A stretch of 64,000 bases of DNA from a virus (IMGVR_UViG_3300032321_001270:96001-160000); one strand, 5' to 3'. Counted from the stretch's first letter, positions 36,771-45,920 are shown. Notes: a model not told the origin generated them from the letters alone. Made by a program: numbers and translations.

Positions 36771-37030
36771 CGCTGTCTTGCCTGCTGGGCGTTGTGAAAC
36801 TTGATGATGGCGTCGGCAGCTTGGGTGGCTTCTTTGTCGCTATAGCCCTCCAGCTTGACGCGCTCCTTGGCGTACCGGTGCTCAAACGAACTCCGGGCGG
36901 GTTCAGGATTGAAATTGGCGCGATGCTCGCTGACTTTGCCAGAGAACATCATCGAAAACATCGTCCCCAGAACAAGGACAACAAAAAACACGGGCCAGAT
37001 ACTGCCATTGTTATTTTGTGTGTTGCTCAT
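36767..37030 (-). CDS. Single-TM membrane protein
   Basis: WPVFFVVLVLGTMFSMMF hydrophobic stretch. Confidence 0.65.
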   Translation of the reverse strand: MSNTQNNNGSIWPVFFVVLVLGTMFSMMFSGKVSEHRANFNPEPARSSFEHRYAKERVKLEGYSDKEATQAADAIIKFHNAQQARQR

Positions 37031-37302
37031 ACTTTGATCCTATTGTTGTGAATAGCCTCGACGGCTTTGGTTAGCTCTTGTATACGCTCGTGATCTTCAA
37101 ACATTCCGTCGCCTTCAGGCTGCGATTCATATACCGTGTCGCCGCCGCAATCTGGGACGTCGGCGCGAAAGTACCCGTGCCGAAGGCGCAGATACCCGAC
37201 CATCTCATTGTTGTCGTCGAAAACGTCATACTGCTCGGGGCACGCGAGGCTTGTCATCTTTAATGTGTATCCGTTGATCACAAGGTCGGCGCGGCTAATC
37301 AT
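37027..37302 (-). CDS. Hypothetical protein
   Basis: ACPEQYDVF...VGYLRLRHG motif; ATGA coupling. Confidence 0.7.
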   Translation of the reverse strand: MISRADLVINGYTLKMTSLACPEQYDVFDDNNEMVGYLRLRHGYFRADVPDCGGDTVYESQPEGDGMFEDHERIQELTKAVEAIHNNRIKV

Positions 37303-37543
37303 CTGGGTGCACTCCGGTGATGTTGGGAAACTGGGCGCGAAACTGCCTGCCCGTCCAGAAAATATCTAAATCGCCGTCGGCTGCGCGTTCCATGTCGGAC
37401 TCCATCGGGTAATGGCGCAATACGCGCAACGCCCGCTGCCGAATTTCTTTTGGCACTTTTGGCGTTTTCTTGGGGTCCAATAGGTCGTAGAGAAATTCTC
37501 GTGCGTATCGCACAGCGCGAAAGCGCTCGTCTGGCATTGTCAT
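37295..37543 (-). CDS. BPSL0761-family-like protein
   Basis: MTMPDER.RAV..AREFL..LLDPKKTPKVPKEIRQRA...LRHYP. Confidence 0.75.
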   Translation of the reverse strand: MTMPDERFRAVRYAREFLYDLLDPKKTPKVPKEIRQRALRVLRHYPMESDMERAADGDLDIFWTGRQFRAQFPNITGVHPDD

Positions 37544-37553
37544 AGGTGCCCTT

Positions 37554-37889
37554 TCAATCGCGTAAATAACCGCCGGTACGTGCATCGTACGTGTACGACG
37601 GTATCTGCCAAGATTCGCGTTTCTGGCCGCAGTACCGCTGGTCGGCTTCTTTGGCTGACCAGCCGGCACGCGTTTCGGCCATGAGTTGTTCCAGCTCTTC
37701 TGGTGTGGGGTCAATGATCCGAGTTTTGCCGTTGTTGCCGTTTTCACGCGGCGGTAGCTTGTGTTGTTTTACAAGCCGGCGCAAATACGAATCACTAACA
37801 CCCAGCTGGATACAGATATCTTTGGTGTTAATTTCACTGCGCCAAAGTTTAAACAGCGTCGGAATCGGTACTTTCTTTCGCTGAGCCAT
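37554..37889 (-). CDS. HTH-containing protein
   Basis: TKDICIQLGVSDSYLRRLVKQHKLP; C-terminal DPTPEE...RAGWS..E module; GGAG RBS. Confidence 0.65.
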   Translation of the reverse strand: MAQRKKVPIPTLFKLWRSEINTKDICIQLGVSDSYLRRLVKQHKLPPRENGNNGKTRIIDPTPEELEQLMAETRAGWSAKEADQRYCGQKRESWQIPSYTYDARTGGYLRD

Positions 37890-38337
37890 CCGTGGTCTCC
37901 TCTGGTTCGTTTTCCAGCTCGTCTCCTGTGCGGCTCTGTATAGGCGTGTAACCGTGTTTTTCTGCTTTTGCCGGCGAGAGTGTTCGCAGCCAGAATCCTG
38001 TTGAACACAGCTGTCCGCGGTCGCCGGTGAGTTCACAGACCTTGTACGACAGGGCCTCGGCCATGGTGCATACAGCGCGTGTAAAATCGTCGCCGCCGTA
38101 ATGGTACAACCGCAGCCCGCCAAACTTCTCTTTAATTTGACTAAACCGAAACGGCGGTGTTTCTGGCGCGTACTCCATGTGATTTTGAATCACTTGGCAG
38201 GCTGTGTAGATCAAGTCAAACCAGCCGTCGTCGCAATCGCAGCCAAAACAGATCAGTGTTTCAGTGGGCGGTTTGTTGCGATCTCCAAATAGCTCTGGAA
38301 ACTTTGTGACCAATTGCTGCTCAAGTTCTTCTCTCAT
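37849..38337 (-). CDS. Conserved phage hypothetical protein (QIKEKFGGLR family)
   Basis: CDDGWFDLI...QIKEKFGGLRLY...CELTG...WLRTL. Confidence 0.75.
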   Translation of the reverse strand: MREELEQQLVTKFPELFGDRNKPPTETLICFGCDCDDGWFDLIYTACQVIQNHMEYAPETPPFRFSQIKEKFGGLRLYHYGGDDFTRAVCTMAEALSYKVCELTGDRGQLCSTGFWLRTLSPAKAEKHGYTPIQSRTGDELENEPEETTDGSAKESTDSDAV

Positions 38338-38614
38338 TTTTTCCGTCCTTGGGGGAGCGTTTCTTTGTTTTCTTTTTCGGCTTGTTCACCGTTTTTTCAA
38401 ACTTTTGCAATAACGCGTGTAGGGCGTCATGCACGTCAAATGTTTTATCTAGTTCGTCAAACGCGGCTGGCTCAGGAAGATACGGATCTTCGGTGCATTC
38501 TTTGAGGCTGGCGTTGTATTCGCGAATCAGCTCAATTTTGCGAGCCCCAAGGGCTGTGTTAACAACGCGCAGAGTTTCGTATACAAATTGCGCTTCTTGC
38601 GCTGTGAGTTTCAT
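38321..38614 (-). CDS. Hypothetical protein
   Basis: ATG just after upstream TAA. Confidence 0.6.
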   Translation of the reverse strand: MKLTAQEAQFVYETLRVVNTALGARKIELIREYNASLKECTEDPYLPEPAAFDELDKTFDVHDALHALLQKFEKTVNKPKKKTKKRSPKDGKNERRT

Positions 38615-38615
38615 A

Positions 38616-39140
38616 TTATTCAGCCATCGCAACGACTCTCCGTTTGGTTTTTCTCGACCCCAGCGCCACTGGTTCGACGTGCTTGAGCAATGACCCCGGA
38701 ATCAAAGCGGCCATGTGCCGCAGGAACGTCTGCTCAAATTCGACTTTGGTTAGGTTGTCGTAGCAGCCTGTGCCGTTTTTGTGGTATACCATGTCGCCCT
38801 TGTAGCGCAGCTGGCCTTCTTTGTCTATCAGGCACTTCCACTTCGCAAGGCAGCCGCTGCTGCGGCTCCAGACTTCTAGGCCGACAATCACGTCGTTTTT
38901 GCGGATGTACTTGCCGCATTTGCTGACGGGGATCTCTAGCTCTTCAAAGTCCTGATCGTAGTGCGTGACAATGATATCTTTGGCGCTGTCCCACACACCC
39001 GGAATGCACGTGTCCATGAAGGCCGTGTGCCGTCGGGCGATTACGTCATCTTTCTTCTTTTCTTTAGCCAGCAGTTCTTCGCAAATGGCGCGCTGGCTGG
39101 CCACGATCAATCCAAGCAGTTCATGATTTTGTTGTTCCAT
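38616..39140 (-). CDS. Hypothetical protein, 174 aa
   Basis: AAGGA RBS. Confidence 0.65.
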   Translation of the reverse strand: MEQQNHELLGLIVASQRAICEELLAKEKKKDDVIARRHTAFMDTCIPGVWDSAKDIIVTHYDQDFEELEIPVSKCGKYIRKNDVIVGLEVWSRSSGCLAKWKCLIDKEGQLRYKGDMVYHKNGTGCYDNLTKVEFEQTFLRHMAALIPGSLLKHVEPVALGSRKTKRRVVAMAE

Positions 39141-39390
39141 GGTCGTCCTTTACGACATCCCACCCGATGTGTTTGAATACTTTTTTGGTGGCTTCAAAGT
39201 CTGCGTCGTCATCTTCTCCGGGCGCGATGAGCACAAGCCGCTTGGTTTTGTGCTCTACACGAAATATGGTGTGTGAGCGCGGAATGCCCCACACACCACC
39301 ATCGGCAATGATGCGCACGATGTTCTGGCACCACTCTAAAACTTCAGGCGCCGGATGATCCAGCTCAAAGCCGTTATTTAGCGCTACCAC
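39121..39390 (-). CDS. Hypothetical protein, 89 aa
   Basis: GTG behind AAGGAG. Confidence 0.6.
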   Translation of the reverse strand: MVALNNGFELDHPAPEVLEWCQNIVRIIADGGVWGIPRSHTIFRVEHKTKRLVLIAPGEDDDADFEATKKVFKHIGWDVVKDDHGTTKS

Positions 39391-39871
39391 GTTTTCTCTC
39401 CTTGGCGGTGGCAACAGCTGTCGCGCGGAGATAGTCGCCCACCAGCAAGTCATGCCCAACTTCAAGGCTGGCAAACTGCCGAAGCGTGTCTTCCATATAA
39501 TCGTTGTCCATGGCAAGCACGTCGGGCCACGAAGCTGCTTCTTCGGCGTACAGCTGATCTGCGCCGTTTTCTTTGTACAGCCGGATGACCTCGTTGCAGT
39601 AAAACTTTTCTGCTTCGGGGCCGTGTAGAATCTTGGCTTCCACGGCGCTTTCTTCAGTATCGTCTTCGTCGTCGTAGGCTTCGGCGAGCCGGATCGAACA
39701 CAGGCAGCCAGAAAGCTGCGCAATGATCGTGGCTGTCATGTTGTCGGTTTGCTCGCCGCAAAAGCTACTCGCGAACGCGCGCAGCAGCAGCGTTTCCAAC
39801 ATGTCAGCGGTTACCGGCTCTTTGTTTGCGATCATGTACCGCAACCGCAGATCTTCTTTTTCAGCCATCAC
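39374..39871 (-). CDS. Hypothetical protein, 165 aa
   Basis: GGAGG RBS; GTGA coupling. Confidence 0.65.
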   Translation of the reverse strand: MMAEKEDLRLRYMIANKEPVTADMLETLLLRAFASSFCGEQTDNMTATIIAQLSGCLCSIRLAEAYDDEDDTEESAVEAKILHGPEAEKFYCNEVIRLYKENGADQLYAEEAASWPDVLAMDNDYMEDTLRQFASLEVGHDLLVGDYLRATAVATAKERKRGSAK

Positions 39872-40239
39872 GCCTCCGTTGGCACTGGGCCATCAAAGTG
39901 GTCAAAAATTGATTTCTTCCAAACCTCGGCCTGAAACCCGCGGCCGAACTTCGGCTCGGCTTCAATCTTGAGGTCGCGAACCATGCCGGACAGCACGTTG
40001 TAGCCGTAGACGCCGCGCATCTGGTTCACCGGCATTCCGGTTTTGTTATCAAAGATCGTCGACTTCGGGTTGCTGAAGTCGCTCTCAAACGTTTCGGTGA
40101 ACCGGTCCACGAGTGCCTGCGGCACTCCAACCTCGGAAAGCGCCGCCGGGTCAAAAATCCCGTGGCCGTCGCAAAGCTCCGCTGCGGCTTTGACGACCGC
40201 GGGCGGTACGTCGCTCCAGAGCATGTCAATGCTGGTCAT
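39868..40239 (-). CDS. Hypothetical protein, 123 aa
   Basis: GAGGAG RBS; ATGA coupling. Confidence 0.65.
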   Translation of the reverse strand: MTSIDMLWSDVPPAVVKAAAELCDGHGIFDPAALSEVGVPQALVDRFTETFESDFSNPKSTIFDNKTGMPVNQMRGVYGYNVLSGMVRDLKIEAEPKFGRGFQAEVWKKSIFDHFDGPVPTEA

Positions 40240-40487
40240 TCGTCTGTCTCCTCTTCTTGGTTGTCGTCGTAGTTTGCCTCGTCGGCCTCGTCAAGCCCCT
40301 CGTAGTCAAGGATGCAGTTGGCGCACACAAGCCGGTTGATCCACCGGTGGCTGTCGTTGACCTCGATCTGCTCGCCGCAACCGGCGCACGGAATAATCGT
40401 ATCACTGAGGTATTCGAGCAGTTTTTCTTCGTCGTGCAGCGCGTTGGTCAGCGCGCGATTGATGTCTGTGTCTTCAGCAGTGCTCAT
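40236..40487 (-). CDS. Acidic protein with CxxC..CxxC
   Basis: CAGC...CANC; AAGGAG RBS. Confidence 0.65.
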   Translation of the reverse strand: MSTAEDTDINRALTNALHDEEKLLEYLSDTIIPCAGCGEQIEVNDSHRWINRLVCANCILDYEGLDEADEANYDDNQEEETDE

Positions 40488-40506
40488 TGCTTTCTCCTTA
40501 AATGAA

Positions 40507-40541
40507 ACCCGGGCGGTAGTTGTAGTGGCTACCGCCCGGGT
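40507..40541 (-). terminator. Intergenic hairpin/terminator
   Basis: Perfect 13-bp stem ACCCGGGCGGTAG/CTACCGCCCGGGT followed by TTCATTT. Confidence 0.7.
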
Positions 40542-40558
40542 GGGGATTCATTTAGATA

Positions 40559-41182
40559 TCAGTCAAGAACGCGCGCGACGACGTTCTCTCGCGTCACCGT
40601 CCGCTGATAGGTGATCCGGTACGATCCCGGCGGAAGCAGCCAATCGCCGTGCTCCGGGTGCGTCACCGTGTTGGGCTCGGTCAGCGTGAAGATCGGGCCG
40701 GCAAACTGCAGCAGCGCGACGGCGTCAGAAATGTGCATATGCACACCGTCAGTCGTCGGGTTCTGCCGGCGATCTTCCCACTCGGCGTTACGCAGATCAG
40801 ACCGCCAATCGGGCATCGACGGCTTGATGTTGAATTGCGCCGCGATCTGCACCGCAACCTCATCGCTTTCGGCGTCGAGCGGCGAGTAAACAGTTACGCC
40901 GTTGCCGTGGGCGAGGCAGTGCCGGCTGCCTTTTGTATTACCCTCGGCAAGTTGCATCGGGAACGTCGGTTCCGACTGCCTATAGAGCATCGGCGCCTTG
41001 GTAACCGTATCAATCAGCTGAATATAGATGTCGCCCTGCCGAACGGCGTCGCCAATGCTGGCGGCTTCGGGAAACTGCTGGGGCGCGTCGTTCTTAATCT
41101 TTTCCACCGCCTCCTGCGCCTCGCGAAGCTGGCGGACGGCGGCGTTGTTCGTAATCGGGTTGTCGAGAACTGCAGTACTCAT
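40559..41182 (-). CDS. RQGD-motif protein, usual partner of DUF6745
   Basis: RQGDIY...LAEGNTKGSRH...HPEHGDWLLPPGSYRITYQR. Confidence 0.7.
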   Translation of the reverse strand: MSTAVLDNPITNNAAVRQLREAQEAVEKIKNDAPQQFPEAASIGDAVRQGDIYIQLIDTVTKAPMLYRQSEPTFPMQLAEGNTKGSRHCLAHGNGVTVYSPLDAESDEVAVQIAAQFNIKPSMPDWRSDLRNAEWEDRRQNPTTDGVHMHISDAVALLQFAGPIFTLTEPNTVTHPEHGDWLLPPGSYRITYQRTVTRENVVARVLD

Positions 41183-41202
41183 CTTTGTAAACTCCTTGGA
41201 AA

Positions 41203-42636
41203 TCACGATGCGCCGACCAACCGAATTGGGTTGGCGGCATAGGGAACACGGGTAGTATTACCGGAATCGGCCATCCACGCCTGAGCTTCCACGCAACTAC
41301 TGATGTTGCGCGGCACGCCCAGAAAATAACGCCGCCCGGTAGAGCGGCAGAACAATACCATGCGGTTTTGCCGGCTGGTCTGTGCGTCAGAATTAGGCGG
41401 GCCAACCAGCATTTCAATCGTGTTATCAATGTCGTTTACTCGGCGATCGAGCACCGGGCAATCGGCTTCAGCGATAAAGCGGTCCCAGCCAAACTTCTCG
41501 ATGGCGAGGCGGCGCGTTTCTTCGTTGCGGATCTTCAGGATGTGCTGCGTCGAGAGCTTTTGCGGCTCTTCAACGATAGTCCTGCCGCCCTCGTCCATAT
41601 AGTGGCCGTCGTTGAACCACAGAGCCGTGCCATCCGACCATTCCACAGCGGGACCAGTCGTGTTATGGAGATTGCCTTCTTCATTAACATGCATCTTCGG
41701 GCGGGCAGCCAAGATGATGCAGGACTGCTGGAACGCGGCAAACGACGTGCAGTGGTGAAACACTTCGTGCTCCCACGTCATTTCTGGATCGTCGATCTTT
41801 AGCATCCGACACAGAATCTCGGCGTCAATTGCCTTGGGCGTCGCTCCGAGAAACACCGTTCCGGTAGAGTCGCTATCTTCGGGCCGCAACAGATCAGAGA
41901 TATCTAAAGCCCGACGCAGGTCGCCGATGGCGCTGAGCGTCGTGTTGCTATCCCAGATCGCCTTGTTGGCAATCTCGTTCTGCTTGATTTGAGCTCTATG
42001 GGTGTCGTTGGTTATTGTACGTCCGTCCCAACCGCGACTCGTCGTTTGAACTGTGTCCAAACCAGTCGTGTCGTTGAGGGTCGAGCGCAGCATTTGCATA
42101 ACCAGCGTCAGGTCGTTCGTCCGGTAAGCAACCTGCACGTTGTTGCTGTCGTTATTCTGCCGGTTGCGCCACCACCGGCGCATGAGGCCGTTGGTCGTAG
42201 CAACAAGCTGTTCTCGGGACAGATACTCTTCTCGCACCGCCCGCAGCCACGTACGAGTGAACTCGTTGTTGGTCTGCTGCCACCAGCGTTCCCGTCCCGT
42301 GTTCCACCGGGCCAGCGAGTCCTTACGGATCCGGCCGAGAAAACTTCGCTCTATACCCAGCTCGCGGCAGAGCGTTTCGGCGTATCGTTTGGCCATGCGG
42401 CCGCGGGCAACCGACACGGCGATCATGAACGCCAGCGGCGACTGCACCGTGTGAAACGTGACGTCCATCTTCTTATAGCGATCGCTACGATGCGTGCCGA
42501 TGCCGTTTTCGTATGCCGCGCGCAGGCAGGTTTGCGCCTTTTCGATATTCGGGGTGCCTTCTGTCAGCGTCTGCACCCAACGTTCAATCGTGTTGTGCAC
42601 AATCGTGCGATTAACTTTGGAGATTTTGGACTTCAT
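41203..42636 (-). CDS. DUF6745 domain protein
   Basis: LHNTTGPAVEWSDG...ILKIRNEETRRLAIEKFGWDRF...CRSTGRRYFLGVP..CVEAQAW. Confidence 0.75.
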   Translation of the reverse strand: MKSKISKVNRTIVHNTIERWVQTLTEGTPNIEKAQTCLRAAYENGIGTHRSDRYKKMDVTFHTVQSPLAFMIAVSVARGRMAKRYAETLCRELGIERSFLGRIRKDSLARWNTGRERWWQQTNNEFTRTWLRAVREEYLSREQLVATTNGLMRRWWRNRQNNDSNNVQVAYRTNDLTLVMQMLRSTLNDTTGLDTVQTTSRGWDGRTITNDTHRAQIKQNEIANKAIWDSNTTLSAIGDLRRALDISDLLRPEDSDSTGTVFLGATPKAIDAEILCRMLKIDDPEMTWEHEVFHHCTSFAAFQQSCIILAARPKMHVNEEGNLHNTTGPAVEWSDGTALWFNDGHYMDEGGRTIVEEPQKLSTQHILKIRNEETRRLAIEKFGWDRFIAEADCPVLDRRVNDIDNTIEMLVGPPNSDAQTSRQNRMVLFCRSTGRRYFLGVPRNISSCVEAQAWMADSGNTTRVPYAANPIRLVGAS

Positions 42637-42637
42637 G

Positions 42638-43024
42638 TCAATTTGTTACTGGAGTAGTGGTAGCGACAAAACCGCATGCTAATTCGTTTTCTAAATTTTT
42701 GCCTCGCCCGAACATCCACGAGTGTTCTGGTTTAATGCACTCAAACCAGTCGGCCATTGTGGGTATAAGTCCAAGGTCTTCTTTCACGTGCTGTTCCCCT
42801 ACGTAGCGCACTGGCACAACGCGGCCGTCGCTATTTGTGATCGTCTTACCGAAGATCTTTTCTAATAAGAAAATACCCTCAGAGTGGTGCCGCAGCGCAC
42901 GGTGCCGGAAATCAGCCATGTGCGCTTTGGACTCATCAAACCAGTCGTGGATTGGCTGGTAGTCTTCTACGCAGCCGCCCCACCTGCTAACTGATGACAG
43001 TGCGTGGTGATATGGATGTGCCAT
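42638..43024 (-). CDS. DUF6915 family protein
   Basis: MAHPYHHALSS..RWGG..EDY.PIHDWFDESK...RHRALRHH.EG...EQHV.ED. Confidence 0.85.
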   Translation of the reverse strand: MAHPYHHALSSVSRWGGCVEDYQPIHDWFDESKAHMADFRHRALRHHSEGIFLLEKIFGKTITNSDGRVVPVRYVGEQHVKEDLGLIPTMADWFECIKPEHSWMFGRGKNLENELACGFVATTTPVTN

Positions 43025-43053
43025 TATTTACGCAACCTTCATGTTATTTGACT

Positions 43054-43554
43054 TCAACAGGTTGAAAATATTCGACGCCGCGCGTCTTCTCTGGCGACAA
43101 ACATTTCAATTGTTTCTCGCTTTTCTCGGCCGCCGTAGCCAAACCGGTCGTCAACCCAGCGGTCTAGGCCGTAGCCGCGCCATTCAATATCGACAGTCTT
43201 CTTGTTGACTTTGGTGACAACATAGTGCGCATATCCATCGCCTTTCGGCACCACAAACAATTTGCCGACTTGCAGGCCGTCGGGCAGGCTGTTTGCGTAT
43301 GCTTTTGCGCTGCGATAATGTTCTTCGACGTGCTGCGTGTATTCGTCCGGCGGTCGGAACGACATAGTAACCGGCGTTAAAACATCAACACTGACAACAT
43401 ATTGGTCTGGCGTTAGTGCGTCGTTAATAATTACTTGCCGGCCGGCGGCGTAATACTTGATTGATTCCGGGTCCCAGCGCGACACGATGCCGTATTGCAT
43501 GTAACCATTCTGCAGCCATTTCACCTGATACAGGTCGGGGATTGGGGTGTGCAT
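43054..43554 (-). CDS. Hypothetical protein, 166 aa
   Basis: Coding-strand ORF; C-terminal SH3-like strands (DGYAHYVV). Confidence 0.65.
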   Translation of the reverse strand: MHTPIPDLYQVKWLQNGYMQYGIVSRWDPESIKYYAAGRQVIINDALTPDQYVVSVDVLTPVTMSFRPPDEYTQHVEEHYRSAKAYANSLPDGLQVGKLFVVPKGDGYAHYVVTKVNKKTVDIEWRGYGLDRWVDDRFGYGGREKRETIEMFVAREDARRRIFSTC

Positions 43555-43557
43555 GTG

Positions 43558-43767
43558 TTACTCGCTTGTGTAAAGGTCAAGAACGTGATGTAAATCGCTG
43601 TGCGTAGCTGACCAATCCATTTTGTCCTCAACGACTTCGGCGGCGTGTTCCCATTCGTCGTTATCTTCTCGATCAAACATATCTGCTGACCACCACGCAA
43701 GGATGATGCTTTTGGTGCCGCCGCGTTTGGCCGACTCTAGGTTTCTAATTGCGTCGTCAATCGTCAT
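43558..43767 (-). CDS. Hypothetical protein
   Basis: ATG overlapping upstream stop; GAGGAAG RBS. Confidence 0.6.
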   Translation of the reverse strand: MTIDDAIRNLESAKRGGTKSIILAWWSADMFDREDNDEWEHAAEVVEDKMDWSATHSDLHHVLDLYTSE

Positions 43768-43951
43768 CGGACTCTTCCTCAAACGTGTCGTACGGGGCTT
43801 CGCACGCTTCGACCAGTTCTTTGTCAGATAACCTATTTACGCGTTCTAGCAGCGCCGCACGCAGTTGGGCGCCGGTAACGTCTTCTCCGGTCTCGTCTGT
43901 GCTGCCGGGAACCTCAAACCCGAATGTGTAGGCGTGATTGTATTTTGTCAT
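43757..43951 (-). CDS. Hypothetical protein, 64 aa
   Basis: TGATG coupling. Confidence 0.65.
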   Translation of the reverse strand: MTKYNHAYTFGFEVPGSTDETGEDVTGAQLRAALLERVNRLSDKELVEACEAPYDTFEEESDDD

Positions 43952-44199
43952 CAGTCGTCCTCGTTTTCTCCTTGATTAGCCAGCCGCGGGACGATGCGTT
44001 CGTGCTGTTCGTCGGGGTCTCCACTCGCGGCCAGCATGTTCTCCAAAACATCGATTTCTTCGTCAAACGCTTCATCCGCCAGATCCATGTGGGTGAGGAT
44101 TTTATCTGTCGTTTTGGGATATTCCGTTACCGCCACACGAATAAATTCAAGAACTGTGATCACGGCATGATGCAGATCAGGTGAAAACTTCTTGGCCAT
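43951..44199 (-). CDS. Hypothetical protein
   Basis: TAATG coupling. Confidence 0.6.
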   Translation of the reverse strand: MAKKFSPDLHHAVITVLEFIRVAVTEYPKTTDKILTHMDLADEAFDEEIDVLENMLAASGDPDEQHERIVPRLANQGENEDD

Positions 44200-44648
44200 T
44201 ACCACTCCGATTCGCTGGTATTTACGTCGTTGACGCGTTCGTTGTGGACCATCCGTACTTTTCTGGTCGCGGTGTCAATTGTGATTTCGCCGTAGCTGCC
44301 GTCATTGATTTCCCAGCCGCCGGGCAGCAGGTCAAAGAATGCGTCACGAAACCTTTCGTACGCTTTTTCTGTGATGAGTGACGTTGGTTCAACCTTGGGA
44401 TCTTTGACGTATCGCATTTTGAACATGTGTTCGTTTAAAACCCGCTTGCTTTGGCTGGTTGTGCCCATGCTCACAGCCTGATCCGCCCGCGCGATCGGGT
44501 CATCAAAACGAAACTGCACAAAGTTGAAATCGCCTGAGTCGCCGCTGCCTTCGTATTCAGCCGTAATAGACGTAACACCGATGGCCTCAAACAGCGGGCA
44601 AATCTCTTTGAGCGTGTCGGCCGGCGTTAAGGTTTTTGCTTTTGCCAT
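44199..44648 (-). CDS. DUF6878 family protein
   Basis: GVTSITAEYEGSGDSG...LPGGWEINDGSYGEITID. Confidence 0.8.
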   Translation of the reverse strand: MAKAKTLTPADTLKEICPLFEAIGVTSITAEYEGSGDSGDFNFVQFRFDDPIARADQAVSMGTTSQSKRVLNEHMFKMRYVKDPKVEPTSLITEKAYERFRDAFFDLLPGGWEINDGSYGEITIDTATRKVRMVHNERVNDVNTSESEW

Positions 44649-44657
44649 AAAATCTCC

Positions 44658-45167
44658 TCAGTAAGACGCCAAGACGGTGCAGGGTTTACCAGTCTGCTTT
44701 TCTTTCTCTTCCGCCAACGTCACAAAATCTCTAAACGATTGCGTAACCCGCTCAGTCATGTCAGCGGCGTCGTCCGGGTAGAGCCGATGCTGGCGTTCAC
44801 GCACGGCTTCCTCTACCGTCATTGGTCGCGTAGTGTCAGTCTGCACTTCTGGGCCGATAACGTCGGCGCCGGCTGCGCGCATCATGTTTATCATCTCGGC
44901 CGCGAGTGTGTGTCCGCTGCCGGAATCGTGTCTCGCCGGTTCTGTTACGCGGGTCAACCGCTCGCGCATCACAGCGGCTGGAATTGCTGCGCGGCAGTCA
45001 TCGGCCTCGAACGCCTCGCGCACGAGAATTCGAGTGGCATAAGGTCCGCCGTGGTAAGCCTCGCGCAGATACCCGACGTTTCCCGACATAATCGAAAAAC
45101 CCGTGGCCTGCGCTTTTTTTTCTTCTTCCTCCATCCCGTCCCACTCCAAATAGATATCAATACCCAT
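44658..45167 (-). CDS. Conserved phage hypothetical protein
   Basis: MGIDIYL...GYLREAYHG; TAATG coupling. Confidence 0.7.
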   Translation of the reverse strand: MGIDIYLEWDGMEEEEKKAQATGFSIMSGNVGYLREAYHGGPYATRILVREAFEADDCRAAIPAAVMRERLTRVTEPARHDSGSGHTLAAEMINMMRAAGADVIGPEVQTDTTRPMTVEEAVRERQHRLYPDDAADMTERVTQSFRDFVTLAEEKEKQTGKPCTVLASY

Positions 45168-45397
45168 TACTTGTTTGCCTTTTGCCGTTTGATGGTGTCG
45201 AGCCAAGCAGCTTTATCTGTTTCTGCAACAGAAATTGCAGAGCTGCGGCTAGCCGTCAACTTGACGATTTTTTTGTTGTCGCATTTGCCGACGTTAGCAG
45301 CAGTCATGGCGATCATTTCAGCCGCCTTTCTGTCGGCAGCGTTGACAACAAATTGTTGGTTTTCGCTGTCGGTAATGTCGATGTGGTAATAAGGCAT
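45167..45397 (-). CDS. Hypothetical protein, 76 aa
   Basis: ATG behind GGAG. Confidence 0.6.
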   Translation of the reverse strand: MPYYHIDITDSENQQFVVNAADRKAAEMIAMTAANVGKCDNKKIVKLTASRSSAISVAETDKAAWLDTIKRQKANK

Positions 45398-45416
45398 GTG
45401 TGCTCCAGTTAAATGA

Positions 45417-45450
45417 GGAGGGCGCCGGGGCCGAAACCCCGACGCCCTCC
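45417..45450 (-). terminator. Intergenic hairpin/terminator
   Basis: 14-bp stem GGAGGGCGTCGGGG/CCCCGGCGCCCTCC (one G-U), loop TTTCGG, then TCATTT. Confidence 0.7.
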
Positions 45451-45484
45451 ATGGCGTCAAAAGTAGTTACCTAGAGACGATAGT

Positions 45485-45823
45485 TCACCGACAGCCGCAG
45501 CTGCTGCAACCACCGCGACAGGCGCGGCCGGCGCGAACAACGCGCACCGGAGCGGCGACGACCGCTACCGGAACTGCAATCGTCGCGCGGGTTACCTTCC
45601 GCGTCCGTTCAATCGTGCGGCCAAACAGGGCGGGACGGCTCGAACTGCGGCAAGAGCTTTCCGTGCAACAGGTGCCTTCGGCGCACGCCGTGACGGGCGC
45701 AGCCACAATTGCCGGCGCAACCACTACTGGCTGCTTCAGCACGCTCTGCGGTTCGCCGGCATCACCAGCGAGAGCCACGGACGAAACGAACGCCAGAACC
45801 ACCGCGACAAAACAAGACTTCAT
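45485..45823 (-). CDS. Secreted Cys-rich low-complexity protein
   Basis: Signal peptide MKSCFVAVVLAFVSSVALA; CAEGTCC..C and C-terminal ACRGGCSSCGCR. Confidence 0.75.
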   Translation of the reverse strand: MKSCFVAVVLAFVSSVALAGDAGEPQSVLKQPVVVAPAIVAAPVTACAEGTCCTESSCRSSSRPALFGRTIERTRKVTRATIAVPVAVVAAPVRVVRAGRACRGGCSSCGCR

Positions 45824-45892
45824 GTCAATCTCCTTGAACTACCGAACGAACGCTGCAGCACGCGCTGCAGCCACCCGACTGGTTGTACTACT

Positions 45893-45920
45893 TGTATAGC
45901 CAATCAGGATTTGGAATCAA
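45893..45920 (-). promoter_or_regulatory. Candidate sigma70-like promoter
   Basis: TTGATT-N16-TATACA upstream of the secreted-protein gene. Confidence 0.35.

Noticed and set aside
40507-45450. Two terminators both followed by TCATTTAA
   Set aside because: Only two instances of a short AT-rich motif, adequately explained as a terminator U-tract.
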